This document shows positions 29,091 to 37,486 of a DNA stretch of 64,000 nucleotides, one piece after another. The notes under the pieces are model-generated. The model ran no database searches, was not told where the DNA came from, and saw only the letters and a program-made list of their open reading frames with translations. The DNA lies in NCBI GenBank assembly GCA_043803405.1, contig JAZDKB010000019.1, positions 171,840 through 235,839 on the forward strand, in the 5' to 3' direction. Numbering within the stretch: position 1 is the first letter of the stretch; each line of letters starts with the position of its first letter. This DNA comes from Spirochaetota bacterium. Lineage in GTDB: Bacteria; Spirochaetota; UBA4802; JAFGDQ01. The translations under genes and the position numbers were made by a program.

Positions 29091-30251
29091 TTATTCCCTG
29101 TGCATACCCTGGTAAATATCGGTGCGTGTTACCTCGACCGATATTACATCTTTCCCGGAATAAGATGTATTCAGCTTTAGCTCAAATTTAACCTTACCGA
29201 TATTTTCTTTTTTAATATTTTCATCTTTTGAAACCTTAAATGAATAATCTTTTCCTTCGTAATGAAAAATACAGGATGCTGTTGTGCCTTCAGCTTTGCG
29301 TGATCCGCTGACAGTGACTTTCATCGGTATGTTTTTGCCGTTTCTGTCCGTGAATGAAAGTGACTTGCTCTCGCTTATGTCCGGCTTTTTGTCAGTAAGA
29401 TTGTATTCAGCGTCAAGAAGCCTGGACTGTTTATAAATAGTATCGTTAAAATGGCTTATCACAGATCTGAGCGTTGTGGATCTGCCAGGTTTAACGGTGA
29501 TTTTTTCTTCCCAGTCCGAGAATGAAAATTCCGGCAGTTTAACTACGCCGAAATCTTTTGTTAAATGAATTCTCATTGTATATGTGCCGGGATCAAGATC
29601 GCGTATTATTACAGCATCATATAGATTTCCTGTCGTGTAACCCGCGAACTTTCCATCAAGCTGAATTTCCGCATTGATCAGATTGCAGAATAGGGAAATT
29701 GAGCCAGGTATCATGTCTCGCAGTGTCAGCAGGCTTCTTTTCTCGGCTTCATTTACAAAATTATAATTTTTGCCAGTAAGGGATTTTGCAATTCCTTCGG
29801 ATAGTTTATGAATATCGTTTTCCGTTGTGCCGCGCGATGTAAATACGCGAACTGCTCCGGTCGTCGTATCTGCCATCCGCATGGTAAGCGCCACTTCGCC
29901 GCTTACAAGAGTATATTCGACAGAGATAAGATAATCTGCTGCAAGCAGCTTCCCAGCTTCAATGGACTTTTTTTCCTGGCCTTCTTTTGTTAAGCCTGCT
30001 ACCTGTAATTGCTGTTCGGAAATGATTTTCTCAAGCCTGTTCCTTTCAACCAGTGTGATCTCTTTCACACTAGAAAGATCAAATAAAATTACGCCTTCCG
30101 TAAAAGCTGCCAGATAATCATACTCCGGGTTTTGCGAAAGGTTCTGCACCCCGATAAAAGCCGCGGTTTTTGCAGATAAAATTCCAGGGATCATAAGAAT
30201 GAAAAAAACTAAAAATCGAAATTTAATATTAACTTTATTAAAAAAAAGCAT
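29091..30251 (-). CDS. secreted protein with a CsgG-like N-terminal domain
   Basis: Signal peptide. The segment TLVERNRLEKIISEQQLQVAGL...AGKLLAADYLI matches the CsgG/LpoB-family core motif (ERxxLxxIxxEQxLQxSG ... lGADYvv). The C-terminal ~200 aa are unassigned. Confidence 0.45.
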   Translation of the reverse strand: MLFFNKVNIKFRFLVFFILMIPGILSAKTAAFIGVQNLSQNPEYDYLAAFTEGVILFDLSSVKEITLVERNRLEKIISEQQLQVAGLTKEGQEKKSIEAGKLLAADYLISVEYTLVSGEVALTMRMADTTTGAVRVFTSRGTTENDIHKLSEGIAKSLTGKNYNFVNEAEKRSLLTLRDMIPGSISLFCNLINAEIQLDGKFAGYTTGNLYDAVIIRDLDPGTYTMRIHLTKDFGVVKLPEFSFSDWEEKITVKPGRSTTLRSVISHFNDTIYKQSRLLDAEYNLTDKKPDISESKSLSFTDRNGKNIPMKVTVSGSRKAEGTTASCIFHYEGKDYSFKVSKDENIKKENIGKVKFELKLNTSYSGKDVISVEVTRTDIYQGMHRE

Positions 30252-30565
30252 ATAGCCTCCGGTTCGGTGTTATTATTGTCCTGATGCTCAACACGGCAAT
30301 AAATAGGTTTTGGGATTCAATCCTGATTAAATTTATATTTTTTAAAAATGCTTTAATAAAAAAAATAAGCTTATTGAGTAAGCTGAGAAATAATTACTTT
30401 AGTAATGCAATAACGGAAGTCAACTAAATTTTGTTTATAATATATTACACAAGTTAATCGTGACCCTGGAAAATAATTTTATTATATTGATTTTTAAAAG
30501 ACCCGCATTTATAATTAAGCTATTAATATTTACCATTAACTTAAATATTTAAGGAGGGTAAATTT

Positions 30566-30820
30566 ATGTACTTTATGAATATTTGTACATGGGCACCAGA
30601 GGATGAAAAAGAAGTTGAAAAACGCAGGGCAAAATGGAAATGGCCGAAAGGCATAAAGGTCCTTTATGAATTCATAGACCTTCAGGGATGCAGGGCCGTT
30701 AATGTCGTTGATACTGATGCCAAAGGATTGTTGGCCAGCAGGGCAGCCTGGATCGATATAACTATATTTGAGACATTCCCAGTATATCCATTTGGTGAAA
30801 GCAAGAGTCTTATTAAATAA
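30566..30820 (+). CDS. hypothetical small protein (DUF3303-like?)
   Basis: 84-aa ORF with an upstream aaggaggg SD. The SD makes it likely real, but function is unknown. Confidence 0.45.
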   Translation: MYFMNICTWAPEDEKEVEKRRAKWKWPKGIKVLYEFIDLQGCRAVNVVDTDAKGLLASRAAWIDITIFETFPVYPFGESKSLIK

Positions 30821-31091
30821 TGAGACCGGCAGGATCTCCGGCGAATATGTCGAATCCGTTCGGTTTTATCTTCTTGAGAAAGCATTCTGCCGGAGATTTT
30901 TGCAGCAGGCTGTCAGATACTATCTTTTTCGCTGCGGGACAAAAACGCTGCTGAAAGAAATCTAACCTTGTATTAAAATTTTCACTCGGACAAAATAAGG
31001 ACAACTCAGACAGTCCTCGAAAATTGTAATAATTTATGATCTATCCTAAGTTCGTTTGTTATGTTACTGAGGATATGGGATGCAATTTTAA

Positions 31092-32069
31092 TTATTCCTT
31101 AACCTTGCTATCGAAGCTTTCATCCTCTTTATATTTTCGTTTGAGTTTCCCTGAAATAATTCCTACTAAACTTTCACCGTATAACATAAAAATAAGCCCG
31201 CTGATAATGAAAGGTATACTGAGAGCAAGCAGGGGCGCCGGATTTTCGCGGCCAAGCGCGAGTCCAAGCAAAACTGCGATAAGCGGATTCACGATCGTAT
31301 AGCTTACTATCCTGATTGAAGGTTCGTGCGCAATGAGATACGTGTAAGCGTAATATGCCGCGCTGCCCATAATACTTAAATACAATAATGAGAAAGCAGA
31401 TCTGTGACTTATATTACTTATAAGTTCAGGAAGCGGCTGATACAGGAACTGCGACATTACAAATGCAATTAAACCTGCAATTATCATTTGAAGGCCGCTG
31501 TTTACTAAATTGTTCGGATACACTTTAAGCATGTGACCTATGCTTGTCGCAAACGACCATGAAATTAAACCGCCTAATGTTAGTATGATATACGGGTCAA
31601 TCGAAGAGAACGGATTTTTTCCTGTATATAAAATTGCCGTCACCCCGAGAAAACCCAGAATTATTCCAAGGAGACGGACTCTGGACAGTTTTTCTTTAAA
31701 AAACATCCTGTTGAAAACAGCAACGCTGAAAGGAGTTGCTGAAATAATAATTGCCGAAAGATAGCTGTCGATACGCAGAAGGCCTGCGGATACAAGGCCG
31801 CTGCCTCCTATAAGAAGGAATATACCGAAGAATGAGGCGGATAAAAATTCTCTGATGGTCGGCATTCTGTTTAGCTTTCGCGTGGCCAGCGATATGAGTA
31901 TGAATCCCAGGCCGCCGAAAAAGAAGCGTGTGCTTACCAGATAATATACGGGGAATGATTCAACTGCCCAGCGCATTGCCAGGTAAGTTGATCCCCATAC
32001 AATATAAATTGTAAGGTAAGCAAAGATAACAGGAAGTTTGGGAACAATTTTAAAAATCATTATGACCAA
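31092..32069 (-). CDS. DMT superfamily transporter (EamA family)
   Basis: 325 aa with 10 TM helices in two EamA repeats. The N-terminus IVWGSTYLAMRWAVE is typical. Confidence 0.85.
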   Translation of the reverse strand: MVIMIFKIVPKLPVIFAYLTIYIVWGSTYLAMRWAVESFPVYYLVSTRFFFGGLGFILISLATRKLNRMPTIREFLSASFFGIFLLIGGSGLVSAGLLRIDSYLSAIIISATPFSVAVFNRMFFKEKLSRVRLLGIILGFLGVTAILYTGKNPFSSIDPYIILTLGGLISWSFATSIGHMLKVYPNNLVNSGLQMIIAGLIAFVMSQFLYQPLPELISNISHRSAFSLLYLSIMGSAAYYAYTYLIAHEPSIRIVSYTIVNPLIAVLLGLALGRENPAPLLALSIPFIISGLIFMLYGESLVGIISGKLKRKYKEDESFDSKVKE

Positions 32070-32215
32070 TTTCTATAAGGCATAGTGCTTTTTATTGTAA
32101 TTATATTTAAGCACTGAGAGCACAAAAACGCAGACACTTGCAAAGAAAGGGATGAATAGATTTTATTTCTAAGCATATAATTTTGAATTCTTGCCGGGTA
32201 AATTAATATACCGTA

Positions 32216-33064
32216 CTAGACATTTACTATCATAGTATCATACGCAAAAGTAATATTGCCGTATCCCTGGTCTTTCAGAAATATTTCTGCTTTTTTTAAA
32301 TCGTCGTATGAAATCTCATCTTCAATATGGTATATAATTACCTGTGAGGCATTCAGGCTGCGTATGACTTTAAGCGTTTGCTGAAATGTTGCTTCTCCTT
32401 TAAGGATTGGATGATTTTCCGGTATGCGCCGTTCGCCGTTAAAGAGATCAAATTCAATAATTCCCATAGGCAGAACTGCGAGGTCGAGTCCATGCAGCTC
32501 CGCGGGCGGATCCCATTTTAAAAGCTCGTCCATTGCAATTAAAACGCGTTTCCCGGAATTTTCAAATAAAAAAGCGTATACATAGTCTTCAGCCAGACGG
32601 AATGGCTTAATGTTCGTATCCCCGATTTGAACTGTATCCCCATCCGATAATTCGACCAGACGAATCAATCCCATCTTTTCAAAATACTTCAAATGATCCC
32701 ATGTCCCAAGCGTATCCCGGAATGTTTCGCCGACGCGCTGCGGCAGGTAGACATCTGTCCGGTCAATTCGTAACGGCCATTGGCGGAGGTTGAATTTAGA
32801 TTCCCAGAGCCTGCGTCCCATGACGTGATCCGGATGCCAGTGAGAATAGAAACACGCATTGATTTTTTTAACCCGGGAGCGGTTAAGTTCATCTTTAATT
32901 TCTTCGGGCGTATCGATAAGCACATCCGGTCCGTGTACGAACACGCTTGGTCCGCTGCGGCTGTACGGGATTCCTTTTTCCCGCGCCTGAATGCAGACCT
33001 TGCAATTGCAAAAGGGTTTAGGTACTGTCAGAGGTCCGGATGTTCCCAGAAATTCGATTTGCAT
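32216..33064 (-). CDS. MBL-fold metallo-hydrolase
   Basis: HxHxDH motif (YSHWHPDHVMG). 282 aa. Confidence 0.8.
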   Translation of the reverse strand: MQIEFLGTSGPLTVPKPFCNCKVCIQAREKGIPYSRSGPSVFVHGPDVLIDTPEEIKDELNRSRVKKINACFYSHWHPDHVMGRRLWESKFNLRQWPLRIDRTDVYLPQRVGETFRDTLGTWDHLKYFEKMGLIRLVELSDGDTVQIGDTNIKPFRLAEDYVYAFLFENSGKRVLIAMDELLKWDPPAELHGLDLAVLPMGIIEFDLFNGERRIPENHPILKGEATFQQTLKVIRSLNASQVIIYHIEDEISYDDLKKAEIFLKDQGYGNITFAYDTMIVNV

Positions 33065-33738
33065 TTTGTTTGCCTGTGTCCGATTATATGTTTAATCCGA
33101 GCAAACGTCTGTTATAGATGCTGTCCGGGATGATAACAGTGCCGGAATCTCATTAAATAGCAACTAATTTTCAATTTATATAATTAAAAAATTTTTAAAT
33201 TGGAAACCGCTTTTTATAATTTTGTTAATTTTTAAGATCAAGGATTATTCATATAATATGATACGGAATTTTTATATGAGATTTGTTATTCTGAGATATA
33301 ATAAAGGTTGAACCTGCATATTATTTAAAATTCAGCTTTAAAATAATCGGTTCTTAAAAAATTTGATAGAATTAATAAAAGTATACTATTATGATTTATT
33401 CTTGATAATTTTACGCTATCAATTTAACATTGCAATTGTAAATTTTTTTAAGTTGATTGTTTTTACCGGCTGATTATGGTGCTGCGCATTTTTAATATGT
33501 ATTCTTATGTGCAAGTAAATAAGTTTATTGCAGAACTGTTTTAAAAAAAATATCCCTCAAAATTATTTGATCCTGTTTTTCAACTGAATCAGAGTTGTTT
33601 TAGAGAAGGAATTTATTAATAAAAATTATGCATGCAAAGAATTTGTCGGAATTTAAAATAGTTTATATCCGGTTGAAACATCAGCGCCAATAAATCCCTA
33701 AAACAGGATTAATGTTTTGTTTTGCAAAGGAGAAAAAT

Positions 33739-34014
33739 ATGGAAGATAAAATAAAAGAAAACAGAAGAAAGATGGCGAAAGTGATCTCCAAGGCATGGAG
33801 CAGTGAATCGTTTAAAGAGAAGCTTATTTCAAATCCGAGAATGGTTCTGGCGGAAAACGGAATTACTGTGCCGGCAGATGTTGAATTAAAGGTTGTTGAG
33901 CAAACTGAAAAACTTATGTATATTGTTATACCATTTAGACCAGAGGATGCAGAGGGCGGGTCATGGATGACTGAAGACGATGCCTATGATATACCTTGTA
34001 TTCGTTGCGTATAA
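33739..34014 (+). CDS. RiPP precursor peptide, NHLP (nitrile hydratase leader peptide) family; leader ends ...PEDAEGG, predicted core SWMTEDDAYDIPCIRCV
   Basis: The leader KAWSSESFKEKLISNPRMVLAENGITVPADVELKVVEQTEKLMYIVIP closely matches the NHLP family consensus (KAWsD.aFk..Ll.nPkavLae.Gv.vPegvelkvve.t.dtlylVlP). The ATG at 33739 has an aggag SD. A GG motif precedes the Cys-containing C-terminus. Biosynthetic genes lie immediately downstream. Confidence 0.8.
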   Translation: MEDKIKENRRKMAKVISKAWSSESFKEKLISNPRMVLAENGITVPADVELKVVEQTEKLMYIVIPFRPEDAEGGSWMTEDDAYDIPCIRCV

Positions 34015-34191
34015 AGTTACTTTAGAGAAACAGGTCTGGTTATAAGTAGAGTTGTGTCTGTGATGTTTTTGACTGCTTTTTTAGTGAGGTGACCAGCTTT
34101 TAAAGGAATGAAACTCCATCATTTGTTATATTTAAGCTTTGGGTGTCCAGCACATCAACTATTCCTATATGCTTGCGGGGTATAAATTGTC

Positions 34192-35181
34192 GTGATTGCT
34201 TCCCTTGTGCCGCGCGAATTGAAGATTGAAATTACAAATAACTGCAATCTGCATTGTACCTTTTGTTCTCTGGGCGGGAAGATATCTTCGGATATTTGCT
34301 TTATGCCGGAGGAGGAAGTTCTGCGCTGGATAGACTGGGCAGTCGATAATAATATGCGCTATGTGCGTTTTACCGGCGGGGAGGCCATGATGCATCCGCA
34401 GATAGAGATGTTTTGCTATTATGCGTACCGGCTGGGACGCCTTATCATTCTGAATACTAACGGAATGGGGGATGACAAACTTTACAGGAAAATTCTTCGT
34501 GTTGTATACGATATGCGTATTAGCATGCCGACTCTTGATGCAGTGCGTATGGATAAACTTACCTGCGGAAAGGACGTGCTTGTAAAAAAGAAAAATGTGA
34601 TCGGACTGGCGCTGGAAACGGGTGTGCCACGCATAAGTCTTTTAACGCCTTTGCTGCCGGAGCTGCACGGAAGCCTGGAACAATTCGTTCTTTTTGTTAA
34701 AACTTCACCCAGGCTATTCTGGCTGCCGCTGCGTTACGAGTCTAGCCCGACAGCCCCCCGTCCATGGACGCAGTCAGATGCACAGGCCTTTGCCGAGGAG
34801 ATGGCTGATCTAATGCGCCGTTATCCGGAAAAGGCGAAGGGGATTTACCTGGCTATGCCGTTTTGCGGGATAAAGCCGGCAAGCCTTGGCGCATTCATAT
34901 TTCACGGGCGAACGGAGGATTGCGGCCCCTTCGCGGCCCTGAACGTTAATGTCAGCGGCCGTATGCAGGCATGTTTTAATGTGGGTGAAACGGACGGCAT
35001 CCCGGCGCTTTCCGAGATTTACAATTGCCCTGAAATATGCGCCTGTGCCTCTATTGATACATTGCCTGACGAATGCCGGTGCTGTAAGTATGTTGCCCGA
35101 TGCGCCGGAGGCTGCCGCAAGCCATATAGCATGGTCCGGCACGGCGGTCGGCAGATCGATTATCTGGCAGGATTTGTGTAA
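34192..35181 (+). CDS. radical SAM enzyme with C-terminal SPASM/twitch domain (RiPP maturase)
   Basis: CxxxCxxC at residues 17-24 (CNLHCTFC). The C-terminal Cys-rich region CPEICACASIDTLPDECRCCKYVARCAGGCRK fits the auxiliary Fe-S SPASM pattern. GTG start. Confidence 0.8.
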   Translation: MIASLVPRELKIEITNNCNLHCTFCSLGGKISSDICFMPEEEVLRWIDWAVDNNMRYVRFTGGEAMMHPQIEMFCYYAYRLGRLIILNTNGMGDDKLYRKILRVVYDMRISMPTLDAVRMDKLTCGKDVLVKKKNVIGLALETGVPRISLLTPLLPELHGSLEQFVLFVKTSPRLFWLPLRYESSPTAPRPWTQSDAQAFAEEMADLMRRYPEKAKGIYLAMPFCGIKPASLGAFIFHGRTEDCGPFAALNVNVSGRMQACFNVGETDGIPALSEIYNCPEICACASIDTLPDECRCCKYVARCAGGCRKPYSMVRHGGRQIDYLAGFV

Positions 35182-35218
35182 CAGGCCGGCTGCTCGTGCA
35201 TCATTTCATGGTATTGTT

Positions 35219-37483
35219 ATGAATTATTATAAAATTAAAACCGGTAAAGCCGTAGTAGCAGACGGCGACAGCTTGTTTCTGCTTGATGAAACAAGCCAAA
35301 AGAAAATTACATCAGAATTAATGTCCGGGTTGATGCGTCTCATCAGCCGTGGGCCTGCCGATGAAGAGGAACTCGTCTCTGCATTGGAAGATCGTTTTTC
35401 TCCGGTACGGATATACTATGCGCTTGTTCAGCTTGAAAAGCTGGGTTTAATAGTTAAAGATAATCGTCCTGAATCGCAAACTAATTTATTCAGAGAAAAA
35501 CTGTTTAGGCAGAATGGGAGCGATTGCCGGCAGCTTCGGAAACCTGCATTGCCTGTAAGGATATTTTCGATCGCAGGTGCGGAATCTTCTGCCGATGTTC
35601 TTTCTGAAGCGTTGAAACGTTCGGATCTGATGCAAGTTGAACGTCCGGATGACTGGCATACTGAAAAAATATCTTCCAACTGCCTTTACATTGCAGTAAC
35701 ACCCGATTATCTTGAACCGGAACTGGAGGCTTTTGGGCATCTGGCTTATAAAAGCGGAGTTCGCTGGCTGCCTGTTAAACTGGCAGGCGTGATACCGTGG
35801 ATAGGGCCATTGTTCGATAGGCAAGAGACAGCCTGTATTGAGTGCCTGCTTGACAGGGTGAAAGGGCACAGGCGGCTGGAAGCAAAACAAATCCGAGAGG
35901 ATGGAGCAAAGCAATCACTTCGTCTTTCAGCGGGACAGACTTTTTATTCGTTTGAAGTCGCAGCAGGGCTTTTGTCTGTGGAACTGGAAAAAATTGCGAC
36001 GGACTGTAAATCGGAATTAGCAGGCGGAATGTTTACAATCGATTTCCGGTCTTTTAAATTTGACAGGCATGCTTTTATAAAACGTCCGCAGTGTCCCGCA
36101 TGCGGAAATATTATTAAAGGAAATATAAAAACCGGAGTTTTTCCTGCTGAGGCGATGCATTTGCAATCGCGGGCAAAATCGGATCACCGTGACGGCGGTG
36201 AACGTATATGTTCGGCTGTTGAAACGCTTAAGAAATATAATCATTTGATCAGTCCGGTTACAGGCATTGTGGGAGAATTAAAACCAGTAGAAGGAATTCC
36301 GCCGTGTTTCGGCAGTGTGATAAGAAGCAGGTGGATTATCCGCAGCGGAGAAAGTGCGGAAAGAAAAAATAATGCGCGTTTATCGGCTACCGGTTTCAGC
36401 ACAGGCAAAGGGAAGACTGAGCAGCAGGCGCTGGCCAGCGCACTTGGTGAGGCTGTAGAGCGTTACTGCTCGCAGCACGAGGGCTATGAAACACGCATCC
36501 GAGCATCTTTCGCGGAGCTTGGCGACCCGGCGATTCATCCTTATAGCCTGATGGGCTTCAGCGAAAGGCAGTATTCTGAGCGTGAATCATGGCGCCGGAA
36601 AGGGGACACTTCGTATGTGCCTGAGCCTTACGAAGCTTCATTGCTGATTGACTGGTCGCCTGCATGGTCGCTGACTCAGAAGCGCTGGAAGCTCATCCCG
36701 AGCGCTTTTGCTTATTATTCCTACCCGCGTGATGGCGGCGGCGATATTTGCCGCGGGTGCAGCAACGGCGTGGCTGCCGGCAATTGCATAGAAGAGGCAA
36801 TAATGCAGGGCTTCTTTGAGCTGGTAGAACGCGATGCCACTGCAATGTGGTGGTATCATAAACTACGGAAACCATCTGTGGATTGGCTAAGTTTTGGCTC
36901 TTCTTTCACAGCTTCCGTTGATGCACAAATCAGGAAAATGGGGATGAAACTTGAAGTACTCGATCTGACAAACGATCTCGGCATACCCGTGTTCTCAGCC
37001 AATCTTTTTATGTGTGATGAAGGCAACAGTTTTATCTCAATGGGATTAGGCTGCCACTGTGATCCGTATATTGCGCTTGAGCGTGCTATAGCGGAGCTTG
37101 GACAGCTCTGGACACAAATGAATACGGACGATTCCGGCCGCAGATTTACAGAAAGCCTGCGCAGCATAGGATCATTTTTAAGGGCTGATCCCGGTCGGAC
37201 TCCAATGACATATTTCGATTTTCCAGAAAAACAGCGCAGTGATTTTCTCGACGACATTAATGATACCGTGCGGAACTTGAGCGAAAGGGGACTGGAAATG
37301 CTGGTGATGGATTTGACCCGCCCCGACGTCGGTTTCCCGGTAGCGCGTGTTATCGTCCCGGGCCTTATCCATTTTTGGCCGCGTTTCGGATGCAGCCGTC
37401 TATTTGAAGTTCCCAAAGCTGCAGGCTGGATTGACAAGGAAGCAGGTGAAGATGACCTTAATCCGGTGCCGTTCTGCTGGTGA
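35219..37483 (+). CDS. fused E1-like (ThiF-like, with RRE) / YcaO cyclodehydratase (PatD/TruD-type azoline synthase)
   Basis: N-terminal winged-helix/E1-like domain with two CxxC pairs (TACIEC, RPQCPAC), as in the Zn-tetrathiolate of PatD-like proteins. YcaO signature SATGFSTGKGKTEQQALASALGEAVERY. Start set at the ATG at 35219. The longer ORF from 34949 would overlap the rSAM gene by 230 bp. Confidence 0.85.
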   Translation: MNYYKIKTGKAVVADGDSLFLLDETSQKKITSELMSGLMRLISRGPADEEELVSALEDRFSPVRIYYALVQLEKLGLIVKDNRPESQTNLFREKLFRQNGSDCRQLRKPALPVRIFSIAGAESSADVLSEALKRSDLMQVERPDDWHTEKISSNCLYIAVTPDYLEPELEAFGHLAYKSGVRWLPVKLAGVIPWIGPLFDRQETACIECLLDRVKGHRRLEAKQIREDGAKQSLRLSAGQTFYSFEVAAGLLSVELEKIATDCKSELAGGMFTIDFRSFKFDRHAFIKRPQCPACGNIIKGNIKTGVFPAEAMHLQSRAKSDHRDGGERICSAVETLKKYNHLISPVTGIVGELKPVEGIPPCFGSVIRSRWIIRSGESAERKNNARLSATGFSTGKGKTEQQALASALGEAVERYCSQHEGYETRIRASFAELGDPAIHPYSLMGFSERQYSERESWRRKGDTSYVPEPYEASLLIDWSPAWSLTQKRWKLIPSAFAYYSYPRDGGGDICRGCSNGVAAGNCIEEAIMQGFFELVERDATAMWWYHKLRKPSVDWLSFGSSFTASVDAQIRKMGMKLEVLDLTNDLGIPVFSANLFMCDEGNSFISMGLGCHCDPYIALERAIAELGQLWTQMNTDDSGRRFTESLRSIGSFLRADPGRTPMTYFDFPEKQRSDFLDDINDTVRNLSERGLEMLVMDLTRPDVGFPVARVIVPGLIHFWPRFGCSRLFEVPKAAGWIDKEAGEDDLNPVPFCW

Positions 37484-37486
37484 GAA

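Noticed and set aside
33065-33738. Possible additional small precursor-peptide ORFs in the 650-bp region upstream of the NHLP gene
   Set aside because: All six frames are interrupted by frequent stop codons. No ORF longer than ~25 codons with an SD was found, so I interpret it as AT-rich regulatory DNA.
34949-35218. Upstream 90-codon extension of the cyclodehydratase ORF, overlapping the rSAM gene
   Set aside because: It would overlap the rSAM-SPASM gene by about 230 bp in another frame. The translated extension (MSAAVCRHVLMWVKRTASRRF...) has no domain signal. The RRE-like domain begins at the ATG at 35219.
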